64,000 nt of DNA from Octopus sinensis (lineage: Eukaryota), in NCBI RefSeq assembly GCF_006345805.1, contig NC_043001.1, positions 19,778,001 through 19,842,000 on the forward strand. Reading direction: 5' to 3'. Positions 56,480 to 64,000 of the stretch are shown here, one piece after another. The notes under the pieces are model-generated. The model saw only the letters and a program-made list of their open reading frames with translations. It ran no database searches and had not been told where the DNA came from. The position numbers and the translations under genes are program-made. The number at the start of each line of letters is the position of its first letter. Within the stretch, counting starts at the first letter, position 1.

Positions 56480-56764
56480 TTGTCAACGTTTTTGGATTTG
56501 GTTTGCAAGATTCTTTATGAGTTCGTGTGTTGAAGCATATTCTGTTGTGTCTGGGGAGAGTCATTTTCTTGTTGTGCCTTATAATTTAACTCACTCACCG
56601 GTAAAATTTCCACTTATTTCTTATTTTTATTTTCCTAAAATATTTTTCGTTGCATCTTGCAACCTTTTCAATAGTCTTGACTCTTGAGAGTGGAAATTTT
56701 ACCGGTGAGTGTGTTAAATTATAAGGCACAAAAAGAAAATGACTCTCCCTAGACACAACAGAAT
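56480..56764. repeat. Foldback repeat, same family: unit 56480-56686 plus inverted partial copy 56688-56764
   Basis: Same sequence family as 41937-42277. Confidence 0.75.
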
Positions 56765-57850
56765 GTTTAGAGTTGTTTCCCTTAAAGTTGTAAGCCGGCA
56801 AAAACAAATTCAAGAAAACGTATTAGTCTACTTAATATCCCAACTTACGCCAATATTACAAAGAAGCATCCTGTATACTAAATATAAGTGCAGTGGGATT
56901 TTACGAATGTAATATTGTAAGTTGAAAAGCTTCGAATAATTATAATTTTTCATGCAGTTAGTTGGCAAAAACTCTAAGGGTGGTGAAACTCTATAAGATA
57001 ATGCAAAGTAGAGTGGATCAGATTTTTAAAGTTAAATATTTAGAGTAACGATTATTCTCAACGAAGTAAATTTTATTATGTTGGCAATTAGAAATAGAAA
57101 TAAAGCTACTGAATGGCATACATGAAAATTCTCTGAAATCTCGCTCGAAATTTGAACCGGGTAATAATTGTTAGCAACTATCAGTCAAAGGGAGATAATT
57201 TTGGGAAATTTAAAATTAGCAAAAGCGAAGTTGTTTCCCTTATATTGGCATTTATACAGTCAGCCATCATTTTCGATTGAGAAGGACTTGACAACGTAAA
57301 CTATGATTCTATTGATAGTTTTAAGTGTCTTTGTAGTCGCAAGCAGACAGAGACGCCTTCTTGTCCTCCTTACCTTTGATCCAGGATGTGACAAATGATA
57401 GGAGGAGAGGTCTGCACCAGCACCGAACTTGTACCTATTTACAGTTGACTGGAGCCACATAAACGGAAATACCTTGTTCTCGAACACAACGCACCAACCT
57501 ATGAAGGAGTCGAACCTGCGACTTCATGATCATAAACCGAACACCTTAACTATGTCACGTGTCTTCACCAGTAACCAGGATGGGGAACCACGGATGTCAT
57601 ATTTCTAGAGGGACAACTACAGGAAAAGTTATGTAATAACAAAGTGACACAATTTTCATTCATTAATTGAAGGTCATGTCGACATGGTCCTACTCTCTGC
57701 AGCGCGGGGAATGGGCCTTTAGTTTAGGGCTGGTGATAAATTTAGAGAAGTATTGAGACTACAAGCGAGTGTTTACAGAAGCCCTGTTCTCATCTCATCA
57801 AGCTGTTCCTTGAAATAAAGAGGACAGATCCTGTACATTATAGATCTCTA

Positions 57851-58650
57851 TTGCAATCAGACCTGGACACAATGCAGCAGTGGATCATGGACTGGCAACT
57901 CAAGCTGGCTGTGGACAAATGTACCACCATGCATTTTGGGAGGAGAAACCCAGCGTCCACTTACTCCCTCCACAACACTAATCTCAAAAAGTCTTCTTGT
58001 GAACGTGACCTGGGCATTATTGTCGACAGCGATTTGCGTTGGACAAAACACATCGCTAAAATTACCAAGAAGGCTGAGGGTGTCTTAGCATCACTCACCA
58101 AGTCCTTTGTGAGCCGCTCTCCGGCTATCTATCTGAGGCTTTATATAGCTATGGTGCGACCTCACCTGGAATTTGCATCACTGGTCTGGAACCCCTATCT
58201 GCCCAGGATATTAATCGTCTGGAAACCATTCAGCAACGTGCAACCAAGAGAATAACCTCCATCAGGCATTTGCCAAATTCTGAACGCCTTACTTCCCTGG
58301 GCATGGATACATTGAAACTCCGACGTCTGGCAGCTGACTTGGCAGACACCCATAAAATTATTAACCATCTTACAAAACATTTTTTCACGCTAAGAGTTAC
58401 TGAAGCATGGAACAAACTGCCGGCATCAGTTGTTAGTTGTCGGAGCACTGCATCCTTCAGAATTTCCATGCTTCCTGAGATTCGCCAACACTACACCTGA
58501 TTTTCTCCCCTCCATACACACGCAAGCATGTATCTGACTCATACACTTTCCAGACATTTGTACATTACTGCATATACTTTATACGCACTTTTGACAAGTT
58601 GTGGTGCACCTGAACACTGTATACAATAATTTCATTATTATTATTATATT
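57851..58650 (+). mobile_element. CR1/L2-type LINE 3' fragment with (TTA)n tail
   Basis: LQSDLD...W...WQLKLAVDKC..MHFG, ERDLGIIVDSDL, LYIAMVRPHLEFA..VWNP; tail aataatttcattattatt. Confidence 0.88.
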
Positions 58651-58851
58651 ACTACTAGTTCAGCACTGCTTGTTCTTTTAAACTTTTGATGCACTCGATT
58701 AAATGTGGTGCTCCAGCATGACTGAAACAACTAAGAGAAGTATCTATAAAACTAGTTTTTAACATTGAATGGCTATGAAGGTCCACCAGAATATTACTTC
58801 AGTAAATTATAATAATTAGTTTTTGGCCATTTCATCATAACAGTTTTTGGC

Positions 58852-59322
58852 CATCATCATCATCATCGTCGTCGTCATCGTCGTTTAACGTCTGCTTTCC
58901 ATGCTAGGATGGGTTGGACGATTTGACTGAGGACTGGTGAGCCAGATGGCTGCATCAGGCTCCAATCTTGATCTGGCAGAGTTTCCACAACTGGATGCCC
59001 TTGCTAATGCCAACCACTCTGAGACTGTAGTGGGTGCTTTTACATGCCACCAGCACGAGGGCCATTCAGGCAGTACTGGCAATGGCCACACTCAAATGGT
59101 GCTTTTTATGTGCCACCTGCACAGGAGCCAGTCCAGCGGCACTGGCAACGACCTCGCTCGAATGTTTTTTTCGTGTGCCACCGGCACAAGTGCCAGTAAG
59201 GTGATGCAGGTAATAATCACGCTCGAATGGTGTTTTTTACGTGCCACCAGCACAGAGGCCAGCTTGATGCTCTGGCAATGACCACGCTTGTATGGTACGC
59301 TTAGCGCTCCACTAGCATGGAT
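58852..59322 (-). mobile_element. Truncated RTE 3' UTR
   Basis: Reverse-complement core plus subrepeats. Confidence 0.82.
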
Positions 59323-59811
59323 TCTGTAAAATACATTTGAAAAAAACTAATTATAATTAAGCATCATGTAAAATTACAATGTAAACATTAAATATTCTTT
59401 AAACATAAGCAACAAGATTACGTTTCAACAAAACAGTAGCAAATAAGTAATTAGAAGAAATATTTACAAATATTTATGGAAAAGAAGTAAATTTTCAATA
59501 AAATTTACGTGATCTTTGATTTTAATTATAAAAGATTACATTGTATAGATAAATATGTTTTCGTCTTTAATTGTTTTAGTATATATAAGTAGAGACATGT
59601 CTGTGGGGTTACAAAATTTGTTTTATTTTCAAGTGGTTTCACTTCCAGTTCCACCACTTGTAGTTTTGGTTAAATGCTTTCTAGCACAAATTGTTTTATT
59701 TCATTTTAATATCCATATTTCCATGCTTGCATGGACCAGACAAAATTCAAAAAATAAAACAAGAAAACATATATAGATGCATGCAAGCAAGCATGCATAC
59801 GTGCATGCATG

Positions 59812-59950
59812 AAGGAGTACTGGTGAAATGTCCCATTGAAAGCCTCAATAAAATGTAAACAGTAGACCTGACATAGTTTTTTGGGACAGAAAAATGAAAC
59901 TGTGTACAGTTGTGGAAATCGGCTGCCCAGCAGATATTAACATAATTGAC
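59812..59950 (+). mobile_element. Relic of a restriction-like endonuclease (RLE) non-LTR retrotransposon (R4/NeSL-type)
   Basis: KEYW*NVPLKASIKCK/SRPDIVFWDRKMKLCTVVEIGCPADINI: PD-(x)-E-x-x-P RLE motif, with one stop and one frameshift. Confidence 0.6.
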
Positions 59951-60509
59951 ATTTCCCTGTCATTTGTTTCGCTCTTAAACACGATCCTCAACTTGGGCCT
60001 TTTCTTAATTTCTTTCCATAACTTTTGATCTGGAGGTGAGAGAAAAATAATTAATGGTGCAAAAGAAAGATCTCAACGAGATCTATTCATCGATATAATG
60101 GGTTTAGCAGTAAAAACTAACTGAGTAAAACACAAAACAGACCTCAATGGTGTTGCGAACTGTTAAAACTGTTGTATCTCGAGATCTGCTATAAATTTCG
60201 AGTGTGTGTGTATTTTCGGCCTCTCTTTGAATAGGGACAGACTTCTGATGAAATATGCCCTTCCTTGTTAAGGCGATAGGATGTGATTTGAAGGAAAGTT
60301 GGCTGGTATTGTAGTTTCTTGTAGGTGCACAATGGTCTGTGGTTGCTGTTACTGTTGGCTCTCTGGCCCATGGTTTTAACAGAAGGTCAAAGGACATAAG
60401 ACGTGCCTTCAGACTGGCAGATGTAAGGGAGATAACTTCTATTTTCTAAAAGAACGAAAAAAAACCCACGAAACCTTTAGAACAGAAATGGGAAATATTT
60501 TAATATAAT

Positions 60510-60970
60510 AATATAATGAAATTATTGTATACAGTGCTCAGGTGCACCACAACTTGTCAAAAAGTGCATATAAAGTATATGCAGTAATGTACAAATGTCT
60601 GGAAAGTGAACAGTGTATGAGTCAGATACATGCTTGCGTGTGTATGGAGGGGAGAAAATCAGGTGTAGTGTTGGCGAATCTCAGGAAGCATGGAAGTTTT
60701 GAAGGATGCAGTGCTCCGACAACTAACAACTGTTGCCAGCAGTCTGTTCCATGCTTCAGCAATTCTTAGCGTGAAAAAATGTTTCCGAAAGTCATGGGAG
60801 CTGTGCTGTTTTCTGACTTTGTAAATATGTCCACGGGTGGAGTTTGAAAAGGTTCTCAGAGTTATTGTTAGTAAGATGGTTAATAATTTTATGGGTGTCT
60901 GCCAAGTCAGATGCCAGACGTTGGAGTTTCAATGTGTCCATGCCCAAGGAAGTAAGGCGTTCAGAATATG
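60510..60970 (-). mobile_element. CR1-type LINE 3' end
   Basis: Reverse complement of the 58250-58650 sequence. Confidence 0.82.
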
Positions 60971-62039
60971 GCAGGATTGAATTAGAAGAGCAGAAGAACC
61001 CGCGTAGAACGTGTTAGTGCTCAGAAAAATAATCCTTAATTTTACAAATTCAAAGGATTAAATCATTTTTCTATTTGGAATTTCAGAAACTTCGTCAGTA
61101 CATGGTTTCAAATTTGTGTGAGACAAGATCTCATCTGCTGGAAAATGGTTCCCGACACCCGCTTTTTTTTCTTTCTTTTTTTTTTTTCTCTTAAATTTAA
61201 ATCGTGAAGGAATGGATGTCGCAATAGGAACAATTGTCCATCTTCTGTTCAATACTGTATCAACCAAAAGTTAATGTAGGGTATTAAATAAAAAAAACCA
61301 ATGTAAAACACAATAGGCTGAACTAGCAATATACAAGATGGAATACAATAGTCAACATCAAGATATTTAGATAGACAGACATTGATAACAACTTTACTCA
61401 TTAAAACGTATATACATAGACACAAATGAAGATGTAATAATAAAATAAGTTCTTTCCAAAATTCTGACGACTTTTTCTCAATATTCAAATCTGTACATCA
61501 CACCTAACACTCTACACATATACACAAATGTATGCGTATATCGTATATACATACGTACGAACGTACGTGTGTGTGTGTGTGAGTGTGTATGGGAGGGTGT
61601 GTGTATTGAGAAAAAGGAGGTAGTCAGAATTTTGGATAATCATTTATTAGCGTTTTCGTTCATTTACGAACTCGTGAAGACAAAATCAAAATTGATCCAA
61701 AATTTTGAATGCCTCCTTTTTCTCAATATACAATATCTGTACACCACTTCAAACACTGTGTGTGTGTGTCTGCGTTTGTGTGTTTGTGTGTGTGTGTGTG
61801 TGTACACATACATACAGAGAGGTGGGGAGGAGGAGATACAAAGAGAGAGAGATAAAGAATGGTGAAAAGTTCCCACGTCCATTACCCAAATTCAATTCCA
61901 CTGTAGATAATTCCATTATCTTCTAATGTTAGCATTCTAAATTTAATTCGTTTCAGTTGAGTGAACATTAAAAAGGAAAATAGAAAATAATAATGATTCT
62001 CTCTCTCACTTTTTCTGCCTCTTTCTTTCTTTCTTTCTT

Positions 62040-62074
<35 letters not shown>

Positions 62075-62465
62075 GGCTGTGTGGTAAGTAGCTTGCTTAC
62101 CAACCACATGGTTCCGGGTTCAGTCTGATTGTATGGCACCTTGGGCAAGAGTCTTCCACTATAGCCCCGGGCCGACCAAAGCCTTGTGAGTGGATTTGGT
62201 TGACAGAAACTGAATAAACCCATCGTATATATATATGTATGTATGTGTGTGTGTATATGTTTGTGTGTCTGTGTTTGTACCCCCAACATCGCTTGACAAC
62301 TGATGCTGGTATGTTTACATCCCCGTAACTTAGTGGTTCAGCAAAACAGACCAATAGAATAAGTACTAGGCTTACAAAGAATAAGTCCTGGAGTCGATTT
62401 GCTCGACTAAAGGCGGTGCTCCAGCATGGCCACAGTCAAATGACTGAAACAAGTAAAAGAGTAAA
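62075..62465 (+). mobile_element. SINE family B
   Basis: Full-length match. Confidence 0.83.
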
Positions 62466-62725
62466 GGAATAATATGTAAACCAACTGACACAATACAATT
62501 GGAGTGCTGTGTATGGAAGTTATATCAAAATAGCCTTTATTTTTGTGTTTTAATTCACAATTTTGGATTATTTAAAATAAAAAAGAAGCTCTGAAAAATT
62601 TCTAAAAAAAATAAGATAATTTAGAATTTTCAACAACAATTTTCCATTTTTCTGTACAGTAAGGGACCTTGATAGATATAGATTTGTAGATAGATACTCA
62701 TACTTCATAAGTTTTGATGGTTAAC

Positions 62726-63430
62726 ATCATCATCATCATTTAATGCTCGCTTTCCATGCTAGCATGGGTTGGACGATTTGACTGAGGACTGGCGAACCAG
62801 ATGGCTGCACCAGACTCCAATCTGATCTGGCAGAGTTTCTACAGCTGGATGCCCTTCCTAATGCCAACCACTCTGAGAGTGTAGTGGGGGCTTTTACGTG
62901 CCACCGCACGAGGGCCAGTCAGGTGGTACTGGCAATGACCACACTCAAAAGGTGCTTTTTATGTGCCACCTGCACAGGAGCCAGTCCAGCGGCACTGACG
63001 ACTTCGCTCAAATGTTTTTTCATGTCCCACTAGCACAAGTGCTAGTAAGGCGATGCAGGTAACGATCACGCTCGAATGGTGCTTTTTACATGCCATCGGC
63101 TCGGAGGCCAACTTGTTGCTCTGGCAACGATCTCACTCATATGGTACTCTTAACGCTCCACTAGCACGGATGCCAGTCATCGAATTTGATTTCGATTTCA
63201 ATTTCACTTGCCTCAACAGGTTTTTGCAAGCAGAGTTTAGTTTCCAATGAAGGAAAGGCATGCATAAGTGGGCTGGTTACACCCCTGGCATAGGCCACAA
63301 GGTTATAATCTCACTTGCGCTTGCCAAGTCTTCTCAAGCACAGCATATTTCCAGAAGTCTTGGTCACAAGTCATTGCCTTGGTGAGGCCCAATGTTCAAA
63401 GGTCATGCATCACCAACTCATCCGGTCATG
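62726..63430 (-). mobile_element. RTE 3' UTR plus ORF C-terminal end
   Basis: Extends into sequence homologous to 49260-49460. Confidence 0.82.
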
Positions 63431-63739
63431 CTTCACCAAATATTTCATAATAGTATTTCACAGACTAAACCTATCTTTGCTATACTGATTTCAGTCAAAT
63501 AACAGTCATGACATTCCATGTCAGTTCATCATTAGTCTACACACATTTAAAGCACATTTCAATTGTCACAAGTTGAACAGTGAAGGACTGTGAAGGGCAA
63601 TTCATTTGTGTACAATTCTCTTCCTAATTGAAACCCGACACAGGTACTTTTTATGGATTCTTTTCTAATGGTGTGAAACAGGCTTCTGGGAAAGATTATT
63701 TGAGCCATAAACAGTCACAATTAATATAAATGCTTCAAA

Positions 63740-63880
63740 AGGCAGTGAGCTGACAAACGTTAGCATGTCGGGCGAAGTGCTTAGCAGTATTTCATCTGTC
63801 TTTATGTACTGAGTTCAAATTCTGCCGAAGTCAACTTTGCCTTTCATGCTTTCATGCTTGATAAATTAAGAACCAGTTAT
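63740..63880 (+). mobile_element. SINE family A, degenerate
   Basis: gagttcaaattctgccgaagtcaactttgcctttcat. Confidence 0.7.
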
Positions 63881-63884
63881 ATAT

Positions 63885-64000
63885 ATATATGTATGCGTGT
63901 GTATATGTTTGTGTGTCTGTGTTTGTCCCCCCAACATTGCTTGACAACCGATGCTGGTGTGCTTACGTCCCCGTAACTTAGCAGTTTGGCAAAAGAGACC
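63885..64000 (+). mobile_element. SINE family B 3' half (runs off the window)
   Basis: gtgtctgtgtttgtccccc...ttgacaaccgatgctggtgt. Confidence 0.78.

Noticed and set aside
60104-60397. Minus-strand ORFs at 60104..60397 and 61058..61267 as a gene
   Set aside because: No recognisable domain was found, splice phases do not join consistently, and the second includes a poly-Lys from a T-run.

Overview
This is AT-rich, repeat-dense eukaryotic genomic DNA, most likely an octopus (inferred from the tRNA-derived SINE families and RTE/CR1/Penelope content; not database-checked). Two host genes are supportable. (1) The 3' part of SEC31 (COPII outer coat) on + has nine coding exons from 1231 to the stop at 24685. 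They cover the Pro-rich region, two WNDPP motifs and the C-terminal ACE1R domain, with an apparent 1-nt frameshift in the 8797..8908 exon. (2) A single-exon copper chaperone ATOX1 lies at 45145..45357. The rest is mostly mobile DNA: at least 3 tRNA-SINE families, two long RTE LINE copies plus about 20 truncated RTE 3'-UTR copies, CR1/L2 fragments, a Penelope-like RT/GIY-YIG ORF, piggyBac-type MITEs, a mariner deletion derivative, two non-autonomous Helitrons, an RLE-retroelement relic, and mini/microsatellites. The most striking observation is a near-identical 480-bp inverted copy of a SEC31 coding microexon (HSGWNDPPLVDPAPVQ), with both its splice sites, lying 11 kb upstream in an intron of the same pre-mRNA. 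Also notable are (AT)n-embedded ~200-bp units carrying a variant minimal hammerhead ribozyme, and a TTAA MITE flanked by a 34-bp TTAA-to-TTAA duplication. Exon boundaries were read by eye from GT/AG and frame; repeat boundaries are approximate (about +/-10-20 nt).
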